Assembly (NCBI GenBank): GCA_903920455.1
Contig: CAIXLY010000079.1
Location: 25,937 to 89,936, forward strand
Length of the DNA stretch: 64,000 nt
Reading direction: 5' to 3'
Origin: an uncultured bacterium
Lineage (GTDB): Bacteria > Bacteroidota > Bacteroidia > Chitinophagales > Chitinophagaceae
A program made the position numbers and the translations under genes. Under the pieces are notes generated by a model. That model worked only from the letters and a program-made list of their open reading frames with translations. It did not search any database and was not told the DNA's origin. This document shows positions 39,224 through 49,442 of this stretch, piece by piece (the first letter of the stretch is position 1; each line of letters opens with the position of its first letter).

Positions 39224-40285
39224 ATGGGTGTAGCATTAGTAACCGGCTCTGCTGGCTTGATTGGCAGTGAATCTGTAAGTTTTCTTGCTGATAAATTTGA
39301 GTCAATTGTTGGAATCGATAACAACCTTAGACAATATTTCTTTGGTCAAGAGGCTTCCACAGAATGGAACAGAATTCGGCTTTCTACAGACTACAGTAAT
39401 TATAAGCATCATGATGTTGATATAAGGGACTTACAGAAGCTTGAAATTTTATTTTCTGAATATGGATCATCAATTGAGCTTATCGTCCATACCGCTGCTC
39501 AGCCAAGCCATGATTGGGCAGCTCAAGAGCCTTTGACAGACTTTTCAGTAAACGCTACTGGCACGCTCAATCTTCTTGAATTAACTAGAGAGTATTGTCC
39601 AGATGCTGTTTTTATTTTCACTTCGACAAATAAGGTTTATGGCGATACCCCCAATTATCTTTCATTGATTGAATTAGACACTCGATGGGAGATTGACCCC
39701 TCACATGCTTATTATAAGGATGGCATTGATGAGCATATGAGCATTGATCAGACCAAGCATTCCATATTTGGGGCATCGAAAGTGGCCGCTGATGTACTGG
39801 TTCAGGAATATGGAAAGTATTTTGGTATGAAAACCGGAGTTTTTAGAGGTGGTTGTTTGACAGGTCCAAATCATTCTGGAGCACAGCTGCACGGTTTTCT
39901 TGCCTACCTGATGAAATGCGCTATTACAGGTCAACAGTATACCATTTTTGGATATAAAGGGAAGCAAGTACGCGATAATATTCATAGCAATGATCTTGTC
40001 AATATGTTCTGGCATTTTTATAAAAATCCCAGACCAGGGGAGGTTTATAATGCAGGGGGTGGAAGATTTGCCAATTGTTCTATGATGGAAGCTGTTTCAC
40101 TCTGTGAAAAAATAACCGGCAATAAAATGAACATTGCTTACTCAGAAAATAATCGAATCGGTGATCATATCTGGTATATTAGCAACTTGAGTAAGTTTAA
40201 AGAACATTATCCCGATTGGAATTGGGAGTATGGTCTTGAACTAACCATGTCTCAGATTCACAATAGTATTTCCAGTCGTATGTAA
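39224..40285 (+). CDS. NAD-dependent sugar-nucleotide epimerase (tyvelose-epimerase-like), catalytic Tyr replaced by Phe
   Basis: [39 protein letters not shown]. Confidence 0.88.
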   Translation: MGVALVTGSAGLIGSESVSFLADKFESIVGIDNNLRQYFFGQEASTEWNRIRLSTDYSNYKHHDVDIRDLQKLEILFSEYGSSIELIVHTAAQPSHDWAAQEPLTDFSVNATGTLNLLELTREYCPDAVFIFTSTNKVYGDTPNYLSLIELDTRWEIDPSHAYYKDGIDEHMSIDQTKHSIFGASKVAADVLVQEYGKYFGMKTGVFRGGCLTGPNHSGAQLHGFLAYLMKCAITGQQYTIFGYKGKQVRDNIHSNDLVNMFWHFYKNPRPGEVYNAGGGRFANCSMMEAVSLCEKITGNKMNIAYSENNRIGDHIWYISNLSKFKEHYPDWNWEYGLELTMSQIHNSISSRM

Positions 40286-40321
40286 ACATTTATCTTTTTA
40301 CTAAAAGTCAAATCTTTTTTT

Positions 40322-41059
40322 CTGAAACTATCTATTGTAATTCCTGCATATAATGAGCAAGATGCCATCTCAGATACGGTCACATCACTGTATAAGTCCC
40401 TTCATTCGAATGGCATCAACCATGAAATTTTAGTTGTCAATGATAATTCAAAGGACAATACATTGGAGGTCCTCCAATCATTAAGTAATGAGGTTCCTAC
40501 CTTGGTAATTCTTACCAATACTGGGCCTAATGGATTTGGATATGCAGTTCGATGTGGTTTAGAAGGGTTTTCTGGTGATTGTGTTGCCATTTTCATGGCA
40601 GATCTTTCTGATGATCCTCTTGACTTGGTGAAATTTTATCGAAAGATGATTGAAACCGGTGTTGACTGTGTTTTTGGATCACGATTCATGAGGGGAGGGC
40701 GAGTGATTGACTATCCCTTTCACAAGTTGATTGTAAACAGAATTGCTAATAATATTATACGTTTTGTGATAGGCACCGGCTACAATGATTCAACCAATGC
40801 TTTCAAATTGTATTCACGGCAAACAATTGAAGGACTTAAGCCATTTCTTGCTCCACACTTTAATCTGACTATTGAATTATCCTTGAAATCTATCGTAAGG
40901 GGCTACAGTTATGTTGTATTGCCTAATTCCTGGACGAATCGAAAGACCGGTGTTTCTAAACTCAAGATTCGGGAAATGGGCAGCAGGTACTTTTTTATTT
41001 TAATGTATTGTTTCATTGAGAAGTTTTTTTCAAGAGGGGACTTTAAAAAAAAGTATTGA
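40322..41059 (+). CDS. GT2 polyprenol-phosphate glycosyltransferase (DPM1/GtrB-like), probable CTG start
   Basis: Frame is open from CTG 40322: KLSIVIPAYNEQ...VVNDNSKD, MADLSDDP, GSRF, DSTNAFK. The track ORF starts at an internal TTG (40463) and lacks the conserved N-terminus. Confidence 0.85.
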   Translation: MKLSIVIPAYNEQDAISDTVTSLYKSLHSNGINHEILVVNDNSKDNTLEVLQSLSNEVPTLVILTNTGPNGFGYAVRCGLEGFSGDCVAIFMADLSDDPLDLVKFYRKMIETGVDCVFGSRFMRGGRVIDYPFHKLIVNRIANNIIRFVIGTGYNDSTNAFKLYSRQTIEGLKPFLAPHFNLTIELSLKSIVRGYSYVVLPNSWTNRKTGVSKLKIREMGSRYFFILMYCFIEKFFSRGDFKKKY

Positions 41060-41128
41060 AATGGGTGTCTATAGTATCTTGTACTAATTATTTTCTATCT
41101 ATTCTGGTGTTAGCATAAAAAAACAAAA

Positions 41129-42067
41129 ATGAATCCCTTTATTTCCATTTGCATTCCTGCCTTCAAGAATTATGGTTATTTAAGGCGATTGTTGGATTCA
41201 ATAAAAACACAGGACTATTTTAATTTTGAAGTTGTCATTACAGATGATAGTCCAGGCGACGAGTTGAGAGACTTATGCAAAGAATATGAGAGTTTTTTTG
41301 ACCTCAATTATTATAAGAATGCCACCAATTTAAATACTCCGGAGAACTGGAATGAAGCTGTCAGCAAGGCTAAATATGACTGGGTGAAAATAATGCATGA
41401 TGACGATTGGTTTACCCGGCCTAATGCTTTAACTTCCTTCTCTCAGTCGATTATTGCCCATCCAGGCACAACCTTTTTCTTTTCTGCTTATCAGAATGTC
41501 TATGAGGGGTCAGGGCTGGTTGAGCCAATGAAAACTAACCCTATCTGGCAGTATCTCTTGGCAAACAATATTGAAATTTTAATTTCTAGAAATGTTATCG
41601 GACCACCGAGTGTTGTTTTATATAAAGAGAATTCTATTGCATATGATGCTTCAATGAAATACGTTGTTGATATCGATTTCTATTCTAGGTATTGTGCTTC
41701 GAATGAATTTCTTTTCATTCCGGATATTCTTGTAAATGTTGGGATACATGCACATCAGGTTACTAAATACACCCATGGGGTGGAAGAGATTCATCTAAAA
41801 GAATCTATTTTGATGCTGAATAAGAAACCATTATCAGTGTTAAAAAATATTGTAGTATTCGATGGCTGGTGGCGCTTGGTTAGAAACTTCAACGTAATGC
41901 AATTGAAAAAGCTAGACGATTTAGGGTTGCATGCTAAGTTCAGTAATGCTTTTAATATTATTATTTCAATCCAGCAACAATTCTCTCAAAAAGCCCTTCA
42001 AAATGGTTATTTCTCAAAATTGATAATGGGATACGCCTATATCAGGTATTGCTTATTTGGAAAGTAG
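41129..42067 (+). CDS. Glycosyltransferase family 2
   Basis: ISICIPAFK, ITDDS, HDDDW, GPPS, VDIDF. Confidence 0.9.
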   Translation: MNPFISICIPAFKNYGYLRRLLDSIKTQDYFNFEVVITDDSPGDELRDLCKEYESFFDLNYYKNATNLNTPENWNEAVSKAKYDWVKIMHDDDWFTRPNALTSFSQSIIAHPGTTFFFSAYQNVYEGSGLVEPMKTNPIWQYLLANNIEILISRNVIGPPSVVLYKENSIAYDASMKYVVDIDFYSRYCASNEFLFIPDILVNVGIHAHQVTKYTHGVEEIHLKESILMLNKKPLSVLKNIVVFDGWWRLVRNFNVMQLKKLDDLGLHAKFSNAFNIIISIQQQFSQKALQNGYFSKLIMGYAYIRYCLFGK

Positions 42068-42901
42068 AGCGATTATTTTCTGTTTGGCTAGATAAATCAA
42101 TTTAAATATATACCATCTCCAGTCTGGATATATTCTTTTCATGAACATGGTATGATTCTTAAGTATTACCTTATTTATTTTTTTGCTATTCCCAGTGCTG
42201 CTGCCCTTGTGCACATGCATTACTCTTCCTTCTGGTAAAAAGGTAATTTTTAACCCAAGCTGTTTGATCTGCCAACACCAGAGTACATCTTCACAGTACA
42301 TGAAGAAATCTTCTGCAAGCTTTTGTTCTGGCAATCTTTTAATTGTTTCTGCACGAATAAACATATATGTCCCCCAAACCCAATCACAGTCTATTTGTTT
42401 GTCATGACTAAAGTAATGGTGCAGCATTAATTCTTCCCTTTTGTTTTTTGGAAGTAAAATATATAGAGGAAAAACTTCAAGTAGTTCCCATGATATTGTT
42501 CTGAATTTCCTGCAATTAAATTGAATCTTTCCGTTTGGATATTGAAGTCTAACTGTGCTTATACCACAATCTGGATAGCTTTCCATGTGCCTTAGGCTTA
42601 TCAATGGTGCATTATTAAGTAGCTCACAGTCGCTATTCAATAGCAGGATGTATTTTCCTTTTGCTTGCTGAATGCCAATATTATTTCCCTTGGCAAAGCC
42701 TGAGTTTACTTGACTTTTTATTAGTTTGATGTCAGGAAATATGTTCTTAAAAGATTCAGCATCTTTTTCCGACGAAGCATTATCTACCAATATAATCTCA
42801 TAGGGAATGTCCTTTACATTATTATAAATTGATTGAATGCATTTTGAAGTCAGTTCAAATGTATTGTAGTTGATAACAATAATAGATAATGCAGTATTCA
42901 T
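42053..42901 (-). CDS. Glycosyltransferase family 2 (WbbL/RfbF-like rhamnosyltransferase group)
   Basis: SIIVINYN, VDNAS, GFAKGNN, LLNSD, FFMYCEDVLWC. Confidence 0.9.
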   Translation of the reverse strand: MNTALSIIVINYNTFELTSKCIQSIYNNVKDIPYEIILVDNASSEKDAESFKNIFPDIKLIKSQVNSGFAKGNNIGIQQAKGKYILLLNSDCELLNNAPLISLRHMESYPDCGISTVRLQYPNGKIQFNCRKFRTISWELLEVFPLYILLPKNKREELMLHHYFSHDKQIDCDWVWGTYMFIRAETIKRLPEQKLAEDFFMYCEDVLWCWQIKQLGLKITFLPEGRVMHVHKGSSTGNSKKINKVILKNHTMFMKRIYPDWRWYIFKLIYLAKQKIIALLSK

Positions 42902-43912
42902 TTACGCTTTATAAAAAATGTGTTTATTGATTGAAATTGCAGGGAAAAAGTGACTTATTCCTAAGATATTTCTAGTGTATCCTTTCCATTCAGAGTATCT
43001 AAATTTCCGATTGTTAATACGTATCGCATTTTCAATGATCATACACGCGCCAAATAGTACTATTTCAAAAATATATACTAGGAGGTGAATAAAATACCAT
43101 ACAACCCCATATTGTTTTCTTATTCTTAGTAATTGTGAAAGAATAATTTGTTTACCCTTTCTGTCAAATAAATCACTAAAATTTTCGTTGGATTCTTTTT
43201 TATAAAACTTACTGCTGGTTCCGCCTCCAATATGTGTCACCTTTGGTGAATGATAGAGAATCAATGGTCCATTTTTTCTGATTCTCGAACACCATTCTAT
43301 TTCTTCTGCATACATAAAAAAATCCTCGTCAAGTAATCCTGATTTTTCAATAATTGATCGCCTTGTCATGATGAACGCACCGACAATCCAATCTACTTGC
43401 ATATCTTGTTGCATATCCACAACATTATGTTGTTTCAGGCCAAAATTGTACCCTAATTTTTTTATTGCATTTCCTAAGTAGGGGAGTGCAAGGAAATTAT
43501 TGATGCCGCCCACTACAAATCTTGCACCTGATTGTTGTTTGCTGCTGTCTGTATTTAGTAGTTGTGCCCCACAGGCAGCATATTGTTTATCGTTTTCAAA
43601 TTTTATTAATGTTTGTTCTATTGCATTATTTGTTATGATTGTATCAGCATTTAATAGTAGTATATTTCTTCCACGCGACGCCTTGATCCCCATATTATTT
43701 GCTCTAGCAAATCCTGCATTATACTCACTTTGAATCCATATTAATTCTTTATAAAGGGAGCAGATTTTATATCGGCTACTATCGTTTGATGCATTATCTA
43801 CAATTATTATTTCATGGCTTATATTCATCCTGCTTTCATAAATTGAATGAAGGCAGTTCATCACGTGATGCGATGATTTATAGTTTACAATAATAATTGA
43901 TAGATCTATCAT
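42902..43912 (-). CDS. Glycosyltransferase family 2 (WbbL/RfbF-like)
   Basis: SIIIVNYK, VDNAS, GFARANN, LLNAD, FFMYAEEIEWC. Confidence 0.9.
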   Translation of the reverse strand: MIDLSIIIVNYKSSHHVMNCLHSIYESRMNISHEIIIVDNASNDSSRYKICSLYKELIWIQSEYNAGFARANNMGIKASRGRNILLLNADTIITNNAIEQTLIKFENDKQYAACGAQLLNTDSSKQQSGARFVVGGINNFLALPYLGNAIKKLGYNFGLKQHNVVDMQQDMQVDWIVGAFIMTRRSIIEKSGLLDEDFFMYAEEIEWCSRIRKNGPLILYHSPKVTHIGGGTSSKFYKKESNENFSDLFDRKGKQIILSQLLRIRKQYGVVWYFIHLLVYIFEIVLFGACMIIENAIRINNRKFRYSEWKGYTRNILGISHFFPAISINKHIFYKA

Positions 43913-46386
43913 GGCTTAGATATGGACTTTTTCTTCTCAAGATAAAATGCCCAAAGAGCTAATATAATTGTTGTGTATAGGGCCCATCCAGACCACCACG
44001 ATATTGTTGATGATAATTTGTATGTTTCCGGTTCAAATATAAAATCAATAGTATGCTCTCCCGCTGGTATGCTCATTCCTCTAAGAAGGTAGTTGACTTT
44101 ATTGTAGTTGGTTTTTTTGCCATCTATGTAAGCATTCCACCCTTTGGGGTAATATATTTCACTGAAAACCGCATATTGTTCAGTGTTAGCCTTGCTTTTA
44201 TATTCAGCTGTGTCATTTCTGTACTTAGTCAGTATAATATTGCTGCCGGCTTTTATAAATTTTACATTTTTGACCAACTCTGACTTTTCTATCACCCCTT
44301 GCGTTGTTGGATTGATAGAATCTAAGGCTTTTAATTCTTCTATATTAGTTCTTACTACTATCAGGCTGTCAATTAGCCAAGCTGCTCCAAGTGCCTGCTC
44401 GTTTTTTTGTACCTGATATTTTCCATTTTGTTCTTGTGGTGGCAGTATGAGATATCTAGTATCTAGCATATTTAGCACATTCATATTGGGTTGGCCCGAT
44501 AATTTGGTCTCAATTATATCTTGGTAGTTTCTCAACTTGGCTGCATGGTATCCACCAATTGATCTGTGATGAAAAGATGTTCTTGTTTCAGAGAATCGAT
44601 CACCTGAAAGATTGTATACCCTGTAGTGAGGGTCTTTATCTGTTAGAATATATTCATCAACCTCATTTGGAGAAAAGTTATTTGAAATAAAATCTTCTTT
44701 TTCGATATAATTCTCTTCGTTAAGATATTTACTTCCTACTGCGATAAGATCACCGGTGTTGATTAATAAGCATAGGATCAAAAAGGTTTTGGTGGTCAAA
44801 TTTTGTCTTATATACATTATAATTCCAGCAATCAGGATCAATCCAGTCAATACCATTTGAATGATAGAAAATAAAAACATTGATTTTCTTTCTGACACCA
44901 GTGCTTCAATTACAATACTTGCGTATGATTCACTTCCAATTTGCTGTCCTCCAAATACCTGCCTTATCTGTTGATCAATTTCTTTTGATTCATAGTTATT
45001 GAATAGGTAAATAATCAATAGAATAGCGGTTAACCCACCTAATGAATAGAGTAGTTTTCTTGTGTACTCTTTTTTTTCATTTTTTTGTACGTCGGCCAAT
45101 TGATTTAAAAACATTCCTGCCATGAGCGGTGTCACAAACTGTATCATGACGAGTGACATGCTGGGCGCTCTAAACTTATTGTATAGCGGTATGATATTGA
45201 AGATTGTTTCATTTATTCCAGGTAGATATTTTCCGAAGGCAAGTATCGCTCCCGTAATTATTGATGCTAGAATCCACCATCGATCTCTTGTTTTAACAAA
45301 TACAAATCCAAATAATGCCAGTAATACGCATATTACGCCTAGGTAGTTTGGGCCAACTGTACTTTCTAGACCTCCCCAGTAGCGTGGCAATTGACCAGCT
45401 AGTTGCTCGGCATTTTCCGAAGGAATATTTTTTTCAGTTAATTCTTTAACGAATTTAGAATCACTTGAAATTGTCTCAGTACTACTTCCACCAAAAGATT
45501 TTGGCATGAATAGCGTTACGATTTCTGACATCCTAATGCTCCACATGGAAGCATAATCAAAATCAAGGCCTTTAGTATTTGCAGCAACAATTTTCCCATC
45601 CTTACTTTCAATTGTTTTGCCATTCCTCATCGTATACTTTCCATACTCATTTGTGTTCATCAACAGTGGGGCTGCATTTCCGATTGAGATAATTCCGATC
45701 GCAGTTATGATGATGACTACCTTGGTGATATGGGCCCAGTCTTTTTCACTGATCCATTTGGCTAGGTAGATTAGTCCCATGAATAATCCAATAATGATCA
45801 GATAATAGGCAATCTGTGGATGATTTGAAGTGAGTTCCATTGTGCCATAAAAAGTTCCCACAGCAAGTCCAACCCAATATTTCTTATCAAAAATTAGTTT
45901 CAATCCAGCAAAGAGTCCAGGTGCATACCCAAGGGCATATGCTTTTGTAATATGACCCGCATTAATGATTGCAGGATTGTAGGTTGCAAATGCATACCCT
46001 AATGCACTAAACATAGCAACAAGAGGACGTAGTCCGAATGCTAAACCCAGAATATAAAACGACACTGATGATATGAAGAAAAAATTAGCTGGTTGTGGAA
46101 GTCCTAATGAAAGCAATCTTTCAAAATGCAAAAGCGGCGATTCCCAGTCAAATCGAATCTGAAAATTAGGCATACCGCTGAACATATTTGTGTTCCAGAG
46201 TGGAAGATTTCCGTATAAGGTTTTATGATCATAGCTATTTTTGATCATGCCCTCTACAGCAATCATATCATGCTGCTCTAGAGTCATTCCCTGAAAGGCG
46301 GGCAGACAAAAAAATGCTGATATAATAAAAAATACAGCAATGGATATTGCATGTGGGACTATCTTACCAAGAATTTGACGATTCAT
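43909..46386 (-). CDS. YfhO-family GT-C membrane protein
   Basis: Many TM segments; QHD after TM1, PLWN.NMFSGMP, KFRAPS, GGYHAAKL, SEIYYPKGW.A.IDG. Confidence 0.88.
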   Translation of the reverse strand: MNRQILGKIVPHAISIAVFFIISAFFCLPAFQGMTLEQHDMIAVEGMIKNSYDHKTLYGNLPLWNTNMFSGMPNFQIRFDWESPLLHFERLLSLGLPQPANFFFISSVSFYILGLAFGLRPLVAMFSALGYAFATYNPAIINAGHITKAYALGYAPGLFAGLKLIFDKKYWVGLAVGTFYGTMELTSNHPQIAYYLIIIGLFMGLIYLAKWISEKDWAHITKVVIIITAIGIISIGNAAPLLMNTNEYGKYTMRNGKTIESKDGKIVAANTKGLDFDYASMWSIRMSEIVTLFMPKSFGGSSTETISSDSKFVKELTEKNIPSENAEQLAGQLPRYWGGLESTVGPNYLGVICVLLALFGFVFVKTRDRWWILASIITGAILAFGKYLPGINETIFNIIPLYNKFRAPSMSLVMIQFVTPLMAGMFLNQLADVQKNEKKEYTRKLLYSLGGLTAILLIIYLFNNYESKEIDQQIRQVFGGQQIGSESYASIVIEALVSERKSMFLFSIIQMVLTGLILIAGIIMYIRQNLTTKTFLILCLLINTGDLIAVGSKYLNEENYIEKEDFISNNFSPNEVDEYILTDKDPHYRVYNLSGDRFSETRTSFHHRSIGGYHAAKLRNYQDIIETKLSGQPNMNVLNMLDTRYLILPPQEQNGKYQVQKNEQALGAAWLIDSLIVVRTNIEELKALDSINPTTQGVIEKSELVKNVKFIKAGSNIILTKYRNDTAEYKSKANTEQYAVFSEIYYPKGWNAYIDGKKTNYNKVNYLLRGMSIPAGEHTIDFIFEPETYKLSSTISWWSGWALYTTIILALWAFYLEKKKSISKP

Positions 46387-46567
46387 ATAGTGAGTTTAAC
46401 TTTCAATGAGGCGTTCTGTAAAAATAAATGAATATCATCTAACTTCCTCCTACTGAATCATTTGGATCCTCACTTGTGATTTTAGAATTTTGTTAAAAAG
46501 CCTTATTTTTACAGTAATCCTTCATCCTCCCACCCCCCACTGACTTTTACCCCCTAATTTTGATAAT

Positions 46568-47947
46568 ATGTCTCATATTAAATGTGTTACTCTATTGTGT
46601 TTGTTCTCATTTGTTCTCGCCTCTTGCAATAAGGAGGATCTATCCAATTCCTCTCTGAAACTAGACTTTGAATCTGCCTCCAACGGGGTGAAACAAAGTC
46701 CAACCGCTGAATTTGTTCAAGGGGAAGTCTTGGTAAAGTTCAAGAAGGGGAAGTCAGCTCTTGGAAAGGGCAAGGCTATGGGCTTGCTAAAAGCTTCACT
46801 CAAGGAGCATGTTCATACTGAAGGCATGAAGAGTTCTGGGGATGATGAAGGAATATATGTTTTAGGCGTGTCGGAAGATGTTTTTATTGCTTCTAAGAAA
46901 GCCAAAGGGCTTCTTGAAGTTGAGTTTGCAGAGCCAAATTGGGTGTATCACCACCAGGCCACCTCCAACGATCCATATTATACCAGTTTAACTCAAAACT
47001 TATGGGGGATGGGTGCTGGTAATAATGAATACGGAATTGGAGCTTCAACTGCTTGGGCTGCAGGAAAAACCGGGCTTGGATCGGTATATGTAGGGATTAT
47101 CGATGAGGGATATCAATTCAGTCATACTGATCTTGCTGCAAATGCTGGTGTCAATCCAAAAGAAAAACCAGGCAATAAAAGGGATGATGATGGTAATGGA
47201 TACAAAGATGATATCTATGGATGGGATTTTGCGGGCAATAACAATTCAGTATATGACGGTAGTAGTTCTAGGCCAGGTATTGATGCACATGGAACGCATG
47301 TCGCGGGAACAATTGGGGGAGTTGGTGGCAATGGAATTGGTGTTGCTGGGGTTTGCTGGAATGTCAAATTCGTCTCTGCTAAATTTTTGGGTTCTACTGG
47401 TGGAACGACTGCTAATGCCATCAAAGCGGTTGATTACATGACTAATTTGAAAAAAGCTGGTTTGAACATCGTTGCAACCAATAACTCTTGGGGCGGGGGT
47501 GGCTATTCCTCTTTGCTCTACGACGCCATTAACCGCGCAAATGATGCTGGAATTTTATTCATAGCCGCAGCGGGAAATGATGGATTGGATATTGATCTTT
47601 CTGCCAGTTACCCAGCTGGGTATGACCTGCCAAATGTAATTTCGGTAGCCGCGATTAATTCTACAGGTGGATTAGCTTCATTTTCAAACTATGGGTTAAC
47701 TCAGGTTGATCTTGGTGCTCCTGGAGTAGCTATCATATCTACAGTGCCATCAAATAAATACGCAAGTTACAATGGTACTTCTATGGCAACACCACATGTA
47801 ACGGGAGCAGCAGCATTATATAAGAGTATCAATCCGTCTGCAACCGCTGCTCAAATAAAAGCAGCAATACTTAATTCAGTAATACAAACTCCATCATTGT
47901 CTGGGAAAACCTCTACGGGTGGAAGGTTAAATGTATCTGGATTTTAG
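46568..47947 (+). CDS. S8 (subtilisin-like) serine protease, lipoprotein
   Basis: Lipobox LASC; catalytic triad IIDEG, HGTHVAG, GTSMATPHV; oxyanion AAAGND. Confidence 0.93.
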   Translation: MSHIKCVTLLCLFSFVLASCNKEDLSNSSLKLDFESASNGVKQSPTAEFVQGEVLVKFKKGKSALGKGKAMGLLKASLKEHVHTEGMKSSGDDEGIYVLGVSEDVFIASKKAKGLLEVEFAEPNWVYHHQATSNDPYYTSLTQNLWGMGAGNNEYGIGASTAWAAGKTGLGSVYVGIIDEGYQFSHTDLAANAGVNPKEKPGNKRDDDGNGYKDDIYGWDFAGNNNSVYDGSSSRPGIDAHGTHVAGTIGGVGGNGIGVAGVCWNVKFVSAKFLGSTGGTTANAIKAVDYMTNLKKAGLNIVATNNSWGGGGYSSLLYDAINRANDAGILFIAAAGNDGLDIDLSASYPAGYDLPNVISVAAINSTGGLASFSNYGLTQVDLGAPGVAIISTVPSNKYASYNGTSMATPHVTGAAALYKSINPSATAAQIKAAILNSVIQTPSLSGKTSTGGRLNVSGF

Positions 47948-47956
47948 CAGCGCAAC

Positions 47957-49276
47957 TTATTCTGGTGTATTTCCTTCTTGGTTTGATTTAACTATGGTCG
48001 GCTTTACTCTTGGTGCATCATCTGCTGTGCGCTTAGGGATTGTCCGGGTACCGTCATTATGAGTTATTGGTCTTGACAAGCGTGGGCTTTCCGTTTTTCC
48101 TTTGAACTTATTCCTTGGCCCAGAAGCTACGTAGGCCGGTCCTTCTCCAAGTTTTTCAGGGAGTGGCGTTTTGTCAATGACTCGCTCGATGAGCTTTTCA
48201 ATCCTTTGAAACTTATGTATGTCATCTGGGTTTATCAAGGTCATTGCAGATCCGGTTGTTGCGGCTCTTGCAGTTCTTCCTATCCGATGAACGTAGTCTT
48301 CACCATCAGAGGGAACATCAAAATTGATGACTAGCTCAATTTGATCGATATCAATACCCCGACTGAGGATATCCGTTGCAATTAAAATGGGTAGTCTTTT
48401 TGAGGCAAATTCCAACAGTACATCTTCTCGCTGGGTTTGATCAAGGTCAGAATGAATATCCTTTGCATTATATCCTTTTCTCTGAAGCTGAGCAGTCAGT
48501 TGCTTAACAGTTTGTTTTTTTGAACAAAAAACCAATACCGATTTATATTCCTTCTGGGCTAAAATATGCTCAATTACGGGGATCTTTTGGGTGTCATATA
48601 CCAAAAAAGCCTCTTGTTTGATACTCTCAGGTGGTTTAGACAGGGCCACACTCACTTCAACGGGATTGTGAAGTATTGTTTTTGTCAACTGCAATATTTT
48701 TGGTGGCATGGTTGCAGAAAACATGAGAGTCTGTCTTTTCTCGGGCAAATGGGAAATAATTCGCATGATATCATCATGAAATCCCATATCCAACATCCTG
48801 TCTGCTTCATCCAAGATCAGAAACTTCAATTCTTTCATCTTAACATATCCCATATTGAGGTGGGAGATGAGCTTGCCTGGAGTTGCTACAACAATATCAA
48901 CCCCCTTTGATAGGGCCTGTTTTTCACGAACAAAACTTCCTCCGTCTCCACCACCATATACGGCAATAGAGCTGAGTGATGAAAAATAGGTGAGCCCATC
49001 TAAGTGGCTACTTATCTGAACCGCTAACTCACGGGTTGGAACCATGATCAATACATGAACCTCGCTGTCTTTATAATCACTAGAAAGCAACTTGTGCAAA
49101 ACTGGCAATAGAAATGCTGCTGTTTTACCTGTTCCTGTTTGTGCTGATGCTATGATATCCCGACCTTCCATGATTACTGGAATGGCTTTTTCTTGAATTG
49201 CCGTGGGTTTTTTATATCCACTCATTGCGAGACTCTCGTTGAGGGATTCGTGAAATTGAAACGTTGAAAAATCCAA
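47957..49276 (-). CDS. DEAD-box RNA helicase (RhlE-like)
   Basis: Q motif, AQTGTGKT, PTRELA, TPG, DEAD, SAT, HRIGRTAR. Start probably TTG 49276. Confidence 0.95.
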   Translation of the reverse strand: MDFSTFQFHESLNESLAMSGYKKPTAIQEKAIPVIMEGRDIIASAQTGTGKTAAFLLPVLHKLLSSDYKDSEVHVLIMVPTRELAVQISSHLDGLTYFSSLSSIAVYGGGDGGSFVREKQALSKGVDIVVATPGKLISHLNMGYVKMKELKFLILDEADRMLDMGFHDDIMRIISHLPEKRQTLMFSATMPPKILQLTKTILHNPVEVSVALSKPPESIKQEAFLVYDTQKIPVIEHILAQKEYKSVLVFCSKKQTVKQLTAQLQRKGYNAKDIHSDLDQTQREDVLLEFASKRLPILIATDILSRGIDIDQIELVINFDVPSDGEDYVHRIGRTARAATTGSAMTLINPDDIHKFQRIEKLIERVIDKTPLPEKLGEGPAYVASGPRNKFKGKTESPRLSRPITHNDGTRTIPKRTADDAPRVKPTIVKSNQEGNTPE

Positions 49277-49442
49277 ACTGCTACTTTTTGTTGTTATTGC
49301 AAAGGTAATTGAATTCAAGCCGATTGCAATTTTAAGATAGTTGTTGCTTTTTCTTTGGTAATTTGCCTGTAGATTGATGATTTTTTTAAACAAGATTAAT
49401 TGTCTGTTCAATTGATTTTATTCAACACCTAACAAGCACTGC

